Source: an uncultured bacterium
GTDB lineage: Bacteria; Schekmanbacteria; GWA2-38-11; J061
Direction: 5' to 3'
NCBI GenBank assembly: GCA_964549305.1
Contig: CAZJVM010000002.1
Location: forward strand, 27,930-47,144
Length of the DNA stretch: 19,215 nt
Shown here: piece after piece, positions 7,135 to 17,459 of the stretch
Position numbering within the stretch: the first letter of the stretch is position 1
Layout: every line of letters starts with the position of its first letter
Translations under genes and position numbers: made by a program
Notes under the pieces: generated by a model
Told to the model about the DNA's origin: nothing
The model's database searches: none
What the model saw: the letters and a program-made list of their open reading frames with translations, nothing else

Positions 7135-8817
7135 TTGAAAAAAGGTTCTGAAATAATTGTAAAGTCATTATTAAATGAAGGTGTGGAGTACGTTTTCGGG
7201 CTTCCCGGGGCTGTTTTATGCGATGTCTACGATGTTATGTATGACTCCTCCATTGAATTCGTAATATGCAGACACGAACAGGCTGCAGCCCATGCGGCAG
7301 ACGGTTATGCCCGGGTTACTCATAAACCTGGAGTTTGCATGGTGACTTCCGGTCCCGGCGCCACAAATATTGTTACGGGAATCGCTACTGCGTATATGGA
7401 TTCGATTCCTATGGTTGCAATAACCGGTCAGGTGCCAACTACAATGATAGGGGATGATGCCTTTCAGGAGGCGGATATTGCCGGCATTACAAGAACAATA
7501 TCGAAGCACAATTATCTGGTGAATGATATTAAAGATCTTGGAAGAGTAATCAAAGAGGCTTTTTTTATTGCTTCGACAGGCCGCCCCGGTCCAGTGTTAA
7601 TAGATATTCCAAAAGATGTGATTCATGCAAAAACTAAGTTTGAATATGCGGAAAAAATTTCAATAAGGGGGTATAACCCAAACCTTAAAGGACATCCCAA
7701 ACAGATCGAAAAAATTGCCATTAAGCTGAAAGACGCCAAAAGACCTATTATATACTTAGGTGGAGGCGTGATACTTTCAGGAGCGGGAAAAGAAGTAGAA
7801 ACTTTGGCGGAAAAAGTCAATGCGCCCGTTACTTCAACTCTTATGGGATTGGGAGGTTTTCCCGGAGATCATAAACTTTTTCTCGGTATGCTTGGTATGC
7901 ACGGCACATATTGGTCAAATATGGCCGTGAACAATTCCGACCTGATAATTGCCCTGGGAGCAAGGTTTGACGACCGTGTTACTGGAAGGACAGACAAGTT
8001 TGCTCCTGATTCGACTGTTGTGCATATAGATATCGACCCTTCGGCAATTAGTAAAAATATTTCTGTCGATATTCCCGTGGTGGGGGATGTAAAAGGCATT
8101 CTCAAACAGTTGAATGATGAAATAGAAAAAATGATTAAAGTTCCGCCTAAGCGGAAAGAATGGTTCAATCAGATTGACAAATGGAAGCAAAAACATCCGC
8201 TTGCTTACGGAAAAAGTAAAAAAGGGTTTTTAAAACCGCAATGGGTCATTGAAACCATTTCAGATATTGCCAGCAAAGACACGATTATTACCACTGATGT
8301 GGGACAACATCAAATGTGGGTTGCGCAATATTTTAAATTCAAAAAACCCGGCACTTGGCTTACTTCAGGCGGTTTGGGGACAATGGGATACGGACTTCCC
8401 GCCGCTATCGGAGCTAAAATGGCAAGCCGCAAACATCCTGTCGTAAATATTTCCGGTGACGGAAGTTTTCAAATGAATTTTCAGGAAATCGCCACGGCTA
8501 AATCCTATAATGTACCTTTTATCGCGGTGGTGCTCAATAACAACACTTACGGAATGGTCAGGCAGTATCAAAGTATTTTTTATAAAAAGAGATATTACGC
8601 AACGGATTTGAGTTTTAATCCTGATTTTGTTGGGTTGGCAAACAGCATGGGAGCGGAAGGATATAGGGTCAATAATGAAAAACAGTTCATAAGTGTGTTT
8701 AAAAAAGCATTAAAATCAAAAAATACTGTTATAATAGAGGTTATCATTGACAAGGATGAAAAAGTTTTTCCAATGCTTCCGTCAGGCGGTTCGGTAAGCG
8801 ATATTCTGGTGAACTAA
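7135..8817 (+). CDS. ilvB: Acetolactate synthase large subunit, biosynthetic type
   Basis: RHEQAAAHAADGYAR, TSGPGATN, ARFDDRVTG, DVGQHQMW, SGGLGTMGYG, ThDP motif GDGSFQMN. TTG start with SD GAGG at 7124-7127. Confidence 0.97.
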   Translation: MKKGSEIIVKSLLNEGVEYVFGLPGAVLCDVYDVMYDSSIEFVICRHEQAAAHAADGYARVTHKPGVCMVTSGPGATNIVTGIATAYMDSIPMVAITGQVPTTMIGDDAFQEADIAGITRTISKHNYLVNDIKDLGRVIKEAFFIASTGRPGPVLIDIPKDVIHAKTKFEYAEKISIRGYNPNLKGHPKQIEKIAIKLKDAKRPIIYLGGGVILSGAGKEVETLAEKVNAPVTSTLMGLGGFPGDHKLFLGMLGMHGTYWSNMAVNNSDLIIALGARFDDRVTGRTDKFAPDSTVVHIDIDPSAISKNISVDIPVVGDVKGILKQLNDEIEKMIKVPPKRKEWFNQIDKWKQKHPLAYGKSKKGFLKPQWVIETISDIASKDTIITTDVGQHQMWVAQYFKFKKPGTWLTSGGLGTMGYGLPAAIGAKMASRKHPVVNISGDGSFQMNFQEIATAKSYNVPFIAVVLNNNTYGMVRQYQSIFYKKRYYATDLSFNPDFVGLANSMGAEGYRVNNEKQFISVFKKALKSKNTVIIEVIIDKDEKVFPMLPSGGSVSDILVN

Positions 8818-9306
8818 ATGAAACACATAATTTCGGTTTTAGTTGAGAATAAATTCGGTGTTCTTGCAAGGGTTGCTGGGCTTTTTTCCGCCCGGGGATT
8901 CAATATTAAATCATTGACCGTCGGCGAAACTACAGATCCGAGTGTTTCGAGAATGACTATTATTTCTTCGGGAGATAATCAGATAATAGAACAGGTAATC
9001 AAGCAATTAAGAAGACTTGTAGATGTAATAAAGGTTTCAGACCTTACTGAAGAGGATTACGTCGATAGAGAAATGGTATTGGTAAAAGTCAATGCGGAAG
9101 TAAAAATAAGATCGGAACTGATGCAGATAATTGATATTTTCCGCACAAAAATTATAGACGTTGCGCCGAGAAGCTTTGTTGTGGAAGCAACCGGAGACAA
9201 CGATAAAATAAATGCCCTTATTGACTTGTTGAGGCCTTTCGGGATAAAGGAAATCGCCCGAACCGGATGTGTTGCGATGAGTAGAGGGAACAAGAACAAA
9301 AAATAA
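8818..9306 (+). CDS. ilvN: Acetolactate synthase small (regulatory, ACT) subunit
   Basis: VLVENKFGVLARVAGLFSARGFNI, EQVIKQL, EIARTG. The ATG directly follows the ilvB TAA. Confidence 0.96.
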   Translation: MKHIISVLVENKFGVLARVAGLFSARGFNIKSLTVGETTDPSVSRMTIISSGDNQIIEQVIKQLRRLVDVIKVSDLTEEDYVDREMVLVKVNAEVKIRSELMQIIDIFRTKIIDVAPRSFVVEATGDNDKINALIDLLRPFGIKEIARTGCVAMSRGNKNKK

Positions 9307-9333
9307 AATAACCAAAAGGAGGAAGAAGTTAAA

Positions 9334-10335
9334 ATGTTAAAGATTTATTATGAAAAAGATGCCGATTTAAAATATCTTAAGAAAAAGACTATTGCCATTA
9401 TTGGTTATGGTAGTCAGGGACACGCACAGGCTCAAAATTTAAAAGATAGCGGGCTTAATGTCATCGTGAGTGAACTGAAAGGATCAAAGCAGTGGAAAGA
9501 CGCTAAAAAGGCCGGTTTTGATGTATACGAGGCAAATGAAGCTTGTGCAAAAGCTGATTTTATGCAGGTTCTCGTTCCCGATGAATTCCAGGGCGCAGTC
9601 TATCAAAATGCCATAAAAAATAACCTTAAAAAAGGTGATGTCCTCGGATTTTCTCACGGGTTCAATATTCACTTTCATCAGATTGAGCCGCCTGAAGGTG
9701 TTGATATTGTAATGATTGCTCCAAAAGGCCCGGGTCATCTTGTGCGCAGACTCTATACAGAAGGAAAGGGTGTCCCTGCGCTTGTTGCTGTTCAGAACGA
9801 TGAATCCAAGCAGGCAAAAAAAATAGCTCTCGCGTATGCAAGAGGTATTGGCGCAGCAAGGGCTGGTGTGATTGAAACGACATTCAAAGAGGAAACAGAA
9901 ACAGATCTTTTCGGTGAGCAGGTTGTCTTATGCGGTGGTGTTTCGGAAATGATCAGGGCGGGTTTTGATACTCTTGTGGAAGCGGGATATCAGCCGGAAA
10001 TCGCTTATTTTGAATGCCTTCACGAACTGAAACTGATTGTAGACCTTATTTATGAAGGCGGGATTGCTAATATGCGCTACTCCATAAGCAATACTGCGGA
10101 ATATGGCGATCTCACAAGAGGACCGAGAATAATCACCGATGAAACGCGCAAAGAGATGAAAAAAATACTCAGTGAAATCCAATCCGGAGAATTTGCCCGT
10201 GAATGGATTAATGAGAATCAGGCAAACGGCCCCGTATTCAAAGCGCTTGCGACTCAGGGCGCGGATCACCTTATAGAACGAGTAGGCAAGAAGTTGCGAG
10301 GAATGATGTCCTGGATCGGGAAGTCGGTTAAATAA
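9334..10335 (+). CDS. ilvC: Ketol-acid reductoisomerase (class I, short)
   Basis: [57 protein letters not shown] at 9316-9322. Confidence 0.98.
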   Translation: MLKIYYEKDADLKYLKKKTIAIIGYGSQGHAQAQNLKDSGLNVIVSELKGSKQWKDAKKAGFDVYEANEACAKADFMQVLVPDEFQGAVYQNAIKNNLKKGDVLGFSHGFNIHFHQIEPPEGVDIVMIAPKGPGHLVRRLYTEGKGVPALVAVQNDESKQAKKIALAYARGIGAARAGVIETTFKEETETDLFGEQVVLCGGVSEMIRAGFDTLVEAGYQPEIAYFECLHELKLIVDLIYEGGIANMRYSISNTAEYGDLTRGPRIITDETRKEMKKILSEIQSGEFAREWINENQANGPVFKALATQGADHLIERVGKKLRGMMSWIGKSVK

Positions 10336-10346
10336 CCTGAAAAGCT

Positions 10347-10982
10347 ATGCGAATTCCGCTGGCAAAAGACGGACTAAGGTTTATAATTCCGCTGACATTA
10401 TTGGCAGCAGCCGGTTGGATATTTGACTTTCCGTTGGTTATCAACTGTTTACTTACGGGATTGTTTCTTTTCGTTACGGCTTTTTTCAGAGATCCGGAAA
10501 GACACTTTCCCGAGGGGACAGACTTAGTGCTTTCTCCGGCAGACGGTTTAATCCTTAAGGTTGAAAAAATAAATAATTCACCTTATGGAAGTGATGAGTG
10601 TATAATGGTGAGTATATTTATGTCTGTTTTTAATGTCCATGTAAACAGAATACCGGTAGCCGGAGTTGTTAAAAAAATTATATACAGTCACGGAAAATTT
10701 ATTTCGGCATTTAAAGATAAAGCGTCGGAGGACAATGAAAAGAATGCCGTGATAATTGAAAGAGGTGGTCAAAAGATTATTTTGGTTCAAATTGCCGGAC
10801 TGATAGCAAGAAGGATTGCCTGTTGGGTAAAAGCGGAAGATAAAGTTGAAAGGGGGCAGCGTTTCGGATTGATACGTTTCGGTTCCAGGGTGGATATATA
10901 TCTGCCGCTTTCGTTTGCACCCGAAATAACGCCTAAGCAAAAAGTAAAAGCAGGTAAAACAGTTTTAGGGGTTTTAAAGTGA
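10347..10982 (+). CDS. psd: Phosphatidylserine decarboxylase proenzyme (short PSD-A type)
   Basis: N-terminal hydrophobic anchor, FFRDPER, SPADG, IFMSVFNVHVNR, QIAGLIARRI, and the pyruvoyl self-cleavage motif FGSRVD. Confidence 0.95.
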   Translation: MRIPLAKDGLRFIIPLTLLAAAGWIFDFPLVINCLLTGLFLFVTAFFRDPERHFPEGTDLVLSPADGLILKVEKINNSPYGSDECIMVSIFMSVFNVHVNRIPVAGVVKKIIYSHGKFISAFKDKASEDNEKNAVIIERGGQKIILVQIAGLIARRIACWVKAEDKVERGQRFGLIRFGSRVDIYLPLSFAPEITPKQKVKAGKTVLGVLK

Positions 10983-11836
10983 AAAAGGGTATTTATATTC
11001 TTCCCAGTCTTTTTACTACGGGAAATGCATTGTGCGGGTTTTACGCGATAATAGCGGCAATAAACTCCATAACTGTTGTTTCTCAGCAAAGTTTCACTAT
11101 AGATGATAAATGGATTTTGCGCTCAGCTTTTGCGATTCTTTTGGGTGGAGTCTTTGACGGGTTGGACGGCAGAGTGGCAAGAAGTACAAAAACCACGTCC
11201 AAATTCGGAGTGGAATTTGATTCGCTTGCCGACCTACTGACATTCGGACTTGCCCCCGCAATACTTGTTTATGTCTGGGCATTGAGACCATATGGAAAGA
11301 TAGGCTGGATTGCGGCTTTTTTATTTGTAATATGCGGCGCATTGAGGCTTGCAAGGTTTAATTCTCAGGCAACCGGTAAAAAATCAAATTATTTTACGGG
11401 GCTTCCCATTCCCGCTGCGGCAGGTACCGTAGCATCTCTTGTAATATTTTATTTTTCATACTGGAAGTCATGGGAGGGAATTTTTAGATACAGAGCCGTG
11501 ATTTCAGTTGTTGCAGTTTATTTTGTCGCTTTGCTAATGGTCAGTACGCTTAAATTCAGAAGTTTTTCGGGGATTGATGTTTCAGGAAGCAAGCCTTTTA
11601 ATGTTTTGATTGGCGTAATTCTTTTTATTTTTCTCATTTTGATAAAACCATCTTTGATGTTTTTTATTATTTCATGGGGATATCTTTTTGCCGCGTTGAC
11701 CGAGGCAATATATCTCTATTTGAATAGGAAAATTATTAACGATGAAGGTGACTCTTTTGAAAGCGGCAAGAGAGAAAAGATAAAAAAGACTTTTAACAGG
11801 ACCAGAAGGAAAAAGAACAATTATGGAACGCGTTAG
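10979..11836 (+). CDS. pssA: CDP-diacylglycerol--serine O-phosphatidyltransferase (CDP-alcohol phosphotransferase type)
   Basis: LPSLFTTGN, DGLDGRVAR...FGVEFDSLAD (CDP-alcohol motif), LRLARFN, FTGLPIP, LMVS. GTGA overlap with psd. Confidence 0.95.
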   Translation: MKKGIYILPSLFTTGNALCGFYAIIAAINSITVVSQQSFTIDDKWILRSAFAILLGGVFDGLDGRVARSTKTTSKFGVEFDSLADLLTFGLAPAILVYVWALRPYGKIGWIAAFLFVICGALRLARFNSQATGKKSNYFTGLPIPAAAGTVASLVIFYFSYWKSWEGIFRYRAVISVVAVYFVALLMVSTLKFRSFSGIDVSGSKPFNVLIGVILFIFLILIKPSLMFFIISWGYLFAALTEAIYLYLNRKIINDEGDSFESGKREKIKKTFNRTRRKKNNYGTR

Positions 11837-13358
11837 AATCTTTGATACAACTTTAAGAGACGGCGAACAGGCTCCGGGCAACAGTCTAAATATTAAAGAA
11901 AAAATAATAATGGCAAGACAGCTGGCAAAGCTCAAGGTTGACATAATAGAAGCCGGCTTTCCTATTGCATCTCAGGGAGATTTTGAAGCCGTAAAAGAAA
12001 TAGCAAAGAATATTAAAGGAAGCTATATAGCGGGGCTTGCAAGGGCAAATAAAAGAGATATCAAGAAAGCTTGGGATGCGGTTAAATATTCCAAAAAACC
12101 TCTGATTCATACATTTATCGCGACTTCTGAAATTCATATGAAATATAAGCTCAGGATGGGAAAGAGCGAGGTTTTAAAAAATACCGCTTTAGCCGTTAAA
12201 TACGCAAAATCTTTTACCAGAGATGTGGAATTTTCCGCTGAAGACGCCTCAAGATCACAATTGCCTTTTCTTGCAGAAGTTGTGGAGACTGCAATAGACG
12301 CAGGTGCTGTAACAGTAAATATCCCTGATACAGTTGGTTACTCGATGCCTGAAGAGTTTGGGAATATAATAGCCTATTTGAAAAATAATGTTTCAAACAT
12401 AAATAAAGCGATAATTTCAGTTCACTGCCATAATGATTTAGGACTTGCAGTGGCTAATTCCATTTCCGCTATAAAAAACGGAGCCCGTCAAGTGGAATGT
12501 ACAATTAACGGCATTGGAGAAAGAGCGGGAAACGCTTCCCTGGAAGAGCTCGTTATGGGGCTTTATGTAAGAAAAGATATAATGCCTTTCAATACGAGAA
12601 TCAAAACGAATGAGCTTTATAAATCAAGCAGAATTCTTTCAAGGCTGACCGGAATTTTCGTACCACCTAACAAGGCGGTTGTGGGCGACAATGCCTTTGC
12701 CCACGAAGCCGGAATTCATCAGGACGGAGTTTTGAAGAAGAAGCTTACTTACGAAATAATGACCCCCACAATAGTGGGAGTAAAAGACAGTAATTTGGTT
12801 TTGGGAAAGCATTCGGGTCATCATGCTTTAAACAAGCGCTATGAAAAATTGGGCTACAATCTTAGCAAAGAGGAATTAAACAAAGCCTACAATATATTTA
12901 CGGAACTGGCTGACAAGAAAAAACAGCTTTTTGATGAAGATCTCGAAATAATCATAGATGAACAGGTTAGAAGTTTTAAAGAAATTTATAAACTTGTTGG
13001 GGTTCAGGTTCTCAGCGGAACAAGGGTTACACCTGTTGCAACGGTTAGCGTAAAAAAAGGGAATAAAATTTTTGTAGAAACACTTTCGGGGTCCGGTCCG
13101 GTTGATTCTGCTTGTCAGGCCATCGAGAAAATTACAAAGGTTAAGGGAAAACTTTTGGATTATTCCGTAAGGTCTGTTTCCGCGGGAAAAGATGCCATAG
13201 GAGAAATATTTGTTAAGGTGAAATTCAATAACGATTGCTTTTTTGTCGGAAAATCCTCAAGCACAGATATAGTGTTTGCCAGCGTCAAGGCATATCTTAA
13301 TGCCCTGAATAAATACCTTTCAAGTGAAAAAGGTAAAGAAGTATTGAAAGGGTTTTAG
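11823..13358 (+). CDS. leuA: 2-isopropylmalate synthase
   Basis: FDTTLRDGEQ, EFSAED, PDTVG, HCHNDLGLA, GERAGNA, HEAGIHQDG, LGKHSG, and a C-terminal regulatory domain (GSGPVD, DIVFASVKAY). Confidence 0.97.
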   Translation: MERVRIFDTTLRDGEQAPGNSLNIKEKIIMARQLAKLKVDIIEAGFPIASQGDFEAVKEIAKNIKGSYIAGLARANKRDIKKAWDAVKYSKKPLIHTFIATSEIHMKYKLRMGKSEVLKNTALAVKYAKSFTRDVEFSAEDASRSQLPFLAEVVETAIDAGAVTVNIPDTVGYSMPEEFGNIIAYLKNNVSNINKAIISVHCHNDLGLAVANSISAIKNGARQVECTINGIGERAGNASLEELVMGLYVRKDIMPFNTRIKTNELYKSSRILSRLTGIFVPPNKAVVGDNAFAHEAGIHQDGVLKKKLTYEIMTPTIVGVKDSNLVLGKHSGHHALNKRYEKLGYNLSKEELNKAYNIFTELADKKKQLFDEDLEIIIDEQVRSFKEIYKLVGVQVLSGTRVTPVATVSVKKGNKIFVETLSGSGPVDSACQAIEKITKVKGKLLDYSVRSVSAGKDAIGEIFVKVKFNNDCFFVGKSSSTDIVFASVKAYLNALNKYLSSEKGKEVLKGF

Positions 13359-13412
13359 ATCATTTCATTTACCTTTTTAATAGATAACCATTATTTTTAA
13401 GAGCTAATTACT

Positions 13413-14675
13413 ATGGGAATGACAATAAGCCAGAAAATACTTTCTGAAAAGGTTAACGCAAGTAAAGTTTCTGCCGGTGAAATTATAAGCGCAAAAGTGG
13501 ATATAGCCCTTGGAAATGACATTACGGCGCCCATATCAATCGAACTTTTTGAAAAATATAATGCAGAAAAGGTTTTCGATAGAGAAAAACTTGTATTTGT
13601 TCCCGATCACTTTACTCCGAACAAAGATATAAAGTCCGCTGAGCAATGCAGAGTTTTAAGAGAGTTTGCCAAAAAACATGAAATAAAACATTATTTTGAA
13701 ATAGGAAGAGTGGGAATCGAACATGCCCTTTTGCCTGAACAGGGAATTGTTGTGCCCGGAGACCTTATAATAGGCGCGGATTCCCATACTTGTACATATG
13801 GCGCGCTTGGGGCGTTTTCTACAGGTATCGGAAGCACTGACCTTGCCGCAGTTATGATTACCGGAGAGATATGGCTGAAAGTTCCCGAATCAATTAAATT
13901 CATTTATCACGGCAAATTAAATCCCTATGTATCCGGGAAAGATTTAATTCTCTATACCATAGGACTAATAGGAGTTGACGGAGCCAATTACAAATCAATG
14001 GAGTTTACGGGAAATGTAGTTAACGAATTATCAATGGACGCGAGATTGACAATGTGCAATATGGCTGTTGAGGCAGGTGCTAAAAACGGTATTGTACCTC
14101 CTGATGAGAAGACCGTTGATTACGTTAAAAAAAGAAGCATAAGAGAATTTAATGTACATGAAAGTGATTCCGATGCGCAATATTCTGATATTGTCGAGAT
14201 TGATTGTTCAAAACTTCAACCGCAGGTTTCTCTCCCGCCTTCTCCCGGAAATGCAAAACAGGTAAATGAACTTTCGGATATAGCAATAGACCAGGTTGTC
14301 ATAGGTTCCTGCACAAACGGAAGATTAAGCGACCTTCACGATGCGGCAAAGATATTAAAGGGGAAAAAGGTCAACCCAAATGTCAGACTGATAGTTTTTC
14401 CCGCTACACAGGAAGTATATAGCGAAGCGTTGAAACAGGGGTTGCTTGAAATATTCATCGATGCCGAAGCGGTTATAGGGCCTCCTACGTGTGGTCCCTG
14501 TCTCGGGGGGCATATGGGTATTCTTGCAAAGGGAGAAAAGTGTCTGGCAACGACTAACCGAAACTTTGTTGGAAGAATGGGACATCCTGAAAGCGAGGTT
14601 TATCTTTCGGGGCCTTCGGTAGCTGCCGCATCAGCAATTACGGGGAAGATAACTCATCCGGAGGAAGTAATGTGA
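13413..14675 (+). CDS. leuC: 3-isopropylmalate dehydratase large subunit (short, type 2/HacA-like)
   Basis: [26 protein letters not shown] (three Fe-S Cys), [10 protein letters not shown]. 420 aa, in leu operon context. Confidence 0.95.
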   Translation: MGMTISQKILSEKVNASKVSAGEIISAKVDIALGNDITAPISIELFEKYNAEKVFDREKLVFVPDHFTPNKDIKSAEQCRVLREFAKKHEIKHYFEIGRVGIEHALLPEQGIVVPGDLIIGADSHTCTYGALGAFSTGIGSTDLAAVMITGEIWLKVPESIKFIYHGKLNPYVSGKDLILYTIGLIGVDGANYKSMEFTGNVVNELSMDARLTMCNMAVEAGAKNGIVPPDEKTVDYVKKRSIREFNVHESDSDAQYSDIVEIDCSKLQPQVSLPPSPGNAKQVNELSDIAIDQVVIGSCTNGRLSDLHDAAKILKGKKVNPNVRLIVFPATQEVYSEALKQGLLEIFIDAEAVIGPPTCGPCLGGHMGILAKGEKCLATTNRNFVGRMGHPESEVYLSGPSVAAASAITGKITHPEEVM

Positions 14676-15172
14676 CATTGCTAAAATTTAGCGGAAATGT
14701 TTTTAAATATGGCGATGATGTTAATACCGATGTGATTATTCCGGCAAGATATTTGAATACGAGCGACCCTGACGAACTCGCATCACATTGTATGGAAGAT
14801 ATTGACACCTCTTTTGCCTCAAAAGTTAAAAAAGGCGATATAATTGTTGCAGGGGAGAATTTTGGCTGCGGGTCATCGAGAGAACATGCTCCGATTTCAA
14901 TAAAAGCTTCCGGCGTTGCGTGTGTTATCGCAAAATCATTTGCCAGAATATTTTACAGAAATTCCTTCAATATAGGACTTCCCATTATAGAATGTTTGGA
15001 AGCTGTTGATAACATAGAGAACGGAGATAGTGTCGAGATTGACCTTGAAAAAGGAATAATTAGGAAAAATAGTGAAAAAAAAGAATTTACACCTAACCCT
15101 TTCCCCGATTTTGTTAAGGAAATTATCCTCAAAGGGGGGTTAATGGAATACGTATCATCAAGAAAATCATAG
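14672..15172 (+). CDS. leuD: 3-isopropylmalate dehydratase small subunit (type 2)
   Basis: [38 protein letters not shown] start with SD GGAGG at 14660-14664; GTGA overlap with leuC. Confidence 0.95.
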   Translation: MTLLKFSGNVFKYGDDVNTDVIIPARYLNTSDPDELASHCMEDIDTSFASKVKKGDIIVAGENFGCGSSREHAPISIKASGVACVIAKSFARIFYRNSFNIGLPIIECLEAVDNIENGDSVEIDLEKGIIRKNSEKKEFTPNPFPDFVKEIILKGGLMEYVSSRKS

Positions 15173-15298
15173 AAGAGTCATTGACCGAAGAATAGCCAAA
15201 AATAATTGATGATAAAAGTATGTGTTTATTTCATAAAAGCCATTGTTTGAGTCTCCGCTTCTATCTATGCCCGTTAAAGGCAAAATAGGTGTTTTATA

Positions 15299-17419
15299 AT
15301 GACAAATGCTCTTGCTCTCGCAATGCATTTTCACCAACCGGTGGGTAATTTTGATTTTGTTTTTGAAAGAGCGTATTCAAATGCCTATTTGCCATTTATA
15401 AAAACCGTTCTCAAGTATCCCGAAATAAAAGTAAATCTGCATTATTCCGGCTCACTCCTGGAGTGGATTGAAAAAAATCATTGCGAGTTTTTCGACTTGC
15501 TAAATGTGCTTGTTGAAAGAAATCAGGCGGAATTGTTAACGGGAGGTTTTTATGAACCTGTCCTTACGGCAATTCCGGAAAGGGATGCGCTGGGTCAGGT
15601 AGAGATGTTAACAGATTATATCAAAAAAAAATTCTCCTTCAATCCGTCGGGAATTTGGCTTGCTGAAAGAGTTTGGGAACCGCATTTGCCCAAATTATTA
15701 AACAGCGCAGGAATACGATATACGATTCTCGATGACATACATATTGTACGCGCAGGCATCAGGAAGGAATCGGTCAAAGGATATTATACGACAGAAGATG
15801 AGTCCCAAAAAATCGCTGTATTTCCTACGGATAAGAAGTTGAGATATCTTATCCCTTTTGCGGAAATACAGGAGTTTTTTTCTTATTTCGAAGAGAAATC
15901 CCGTATGGGATGCAGCGGTATTTTGACCTACGGTGATGACGGAGAAAAATTCGGAGAATGGCAGGGAACTTATGACTTAGTATACACAAAAAGGTGGCTC
16001 GAATGTTTTTTCGGGGAAATCGTTTCCGGAAGAAGAGATATAGAAACGGTAAAATTCAGCGAATATTTGGAGAGGGAGAAACCTGAATGCCCGGTTTATA
16101 TCCCTCCGTCATCTTATGAGGAAATGATGAAGTGGTCTATGAACAATGAAAATCAGATTGTTTTAGATAAAATCAACGATGAACTTTCGGACAAAGATGA
16201 GCTGAAAAACTATGTAAGCATCATTGCCGGCGGGGTTTGGAAAAATTTTTTTATTAAATACCCCGAGTCTAACCAGATGCATAAAAAAATGATTTATACA
16301 AGTAAACGCTTTGAAAAGGCAGGCATCCGGTACGGAGATGGTTATTCAGATGAAGAAGAAAACGCAATAAAGAGTTTATACAGGGCAGGATGTAACTGCG
16401 TTTATTGGCACGGGCTCTTTGGCGGGATTTATCTTCATCACATTCGCACCGCTGTCTACAGAGAGCTTATAAATGCAAATCGAATTCTAAATAACCGTTT
16501 GCATGAACAGGAAGTCTGGATTGAAACAGATGAAGGTGATTTTGATTGTGACGGATATGATGAAATAATTGTTTCAAACCCCGACATATCTCTTTGGATT
16601 AATCCGGCAGAAGGAGGTTGCGTTACGGAAATAGACTGGATAAAAAAGGGGACTAACATTCTCAATACGCTTTCAAGGAAGAAAGAACCGTACCATAAAG
16701 GATCAAACTTAGATGAGCTCATAAGCAAAGATTCCGGGGAAGAAGAAAAAACTATTTCCGAAGATGACAAAAATCTATTTGGTTTTGATAATCTGAGGCG
16801 CGTGTCATTTGCAGAATGTTTTTTAGATGAAAAAGTGAAAGGTGAGAACATTATTTTAAACAATTACGGAAAATCTTTCCTCTTTGAAGAGAGAAACAGG
16901 TATTTACATTCAGTTAAAAAAGATGCTGATTCTGTGCATGTCACTCTTGAAAATGTTCTCAATGCAAAAGAATCCGACCCTAAAATCATAAAACGTTACT
17001 CAATTAAAGATCACGACACTTATATAGAGTTTTCCTGTAAGGTTAATAATTTTCCTGCCGGTTTCGGGAAAAAAAGATTTGCATTGGAATTTAATTTTTC
17101 TTTGCCGTCGGCGAATGGCATGGATAACAGAATTGCCGTAATATCTTCGAATCTCTGTGAATACGATTTGAACAGTGTCATAGAAAGTGAGGATGTAAAA
17201 GGGATAAAAATAAAAAGTCCTTATGATTCTGCGGGTATAGAGATAAATCTTTCACAAACTTGCAATCTGTTCTCTTTTCCTGTTAAAACAGCATCGAGGT
17301 CTGAAAGAGGCTTTGATTTTAACTATCAGGGAACCTGTGTTTTTTTTATTTGGGATGTCGGTGAGATGAATGAGATTGATATTTCAACGGGGATGTCTCT
17401 TATTGGCGGAGAAGAATAA
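15299..17419 (+). CDS. GH57 alpha-amylase / 4-alpha-glucanotransferase (with DUF1925/DUF1926-type C-terminal domains)
   Basis: HFHQPVGN, HYSGSLLEW, GGFYEP, WLAERVWEP (nucleophile Glu), DDGEKFG (acid/base Asp), SYEEMMKW, YWHGLFGGIY, DFDCDGYDE. SD AGGTG at 15287-15291. Confidence 0.92.
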   Translation: MTNALALAMHFHQPVGNFDFVFERAYSNAYLPFIKTVLKYPEIKVNLHYSGSLLEWIEKNHCEFFDLLNVLVERNQAELLTGGFYEPVLTAIPERDALGQVEMLTDYIKKKFSFNPSGIWLAERVWEPHLPKLLNSAGIRYTILDDIHIVRAGIRKESVKGYYTTEDESQKIAVFPTDKKLRYLIPFAEIQEFFSYFEEKSRMGCSGILTYGDDGEKFGEWQGTYDLVYTKRWLECFFGEIVSGRRDIETVKFSEYLEREKPECPVYIPPSSYEEMMKWSMNNENQIVLDKINDELSDKDELKNYVSIIAGGVWKNFFIKYPESNQMHKKMIYTSKRFEKAGIRYGDGYSDEEENAIKSLYRAGCNCVYWHGLFGGIYLHHIRTAVYRELINANRILNNRLHEQEVWIETDEGDFDCDGYDEIIVSNPDISLWINPAEGGCVTEIDWIKKGTNILNTLSRKKEPYHKGSNLDELISKDSGEEEKTISEDDKNLFGFDNLRRVSFAECFLDEKVKGENIILNNYGKSFLFEERNRYLHSVKKDADSVHVTLENVLNAKESDPKIIKRYSIKDHDTYIEFSCKVNNFPAGFGKKRFALEFNFSLPSANGMDNRIAVISSNLCEYDLNSVIESEDVKGIKIKSPYDSAGIEINLSQTCNLFSFPVKTASRSERGFDFNYQGTCVFFIWDVGEMNEIDISTGMSLIGGEE

Positions 17420-17459
17420 AAGTATCCATATCTGTAAATTATGTTTTAGAGGAGCCTAA

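Noticed and set aside
15181..15210. TTGACC as the -35 of an internal GH57 promoter
   Set aside because: There is no acceptable -10 hexamer at 16-18 bp spacing.
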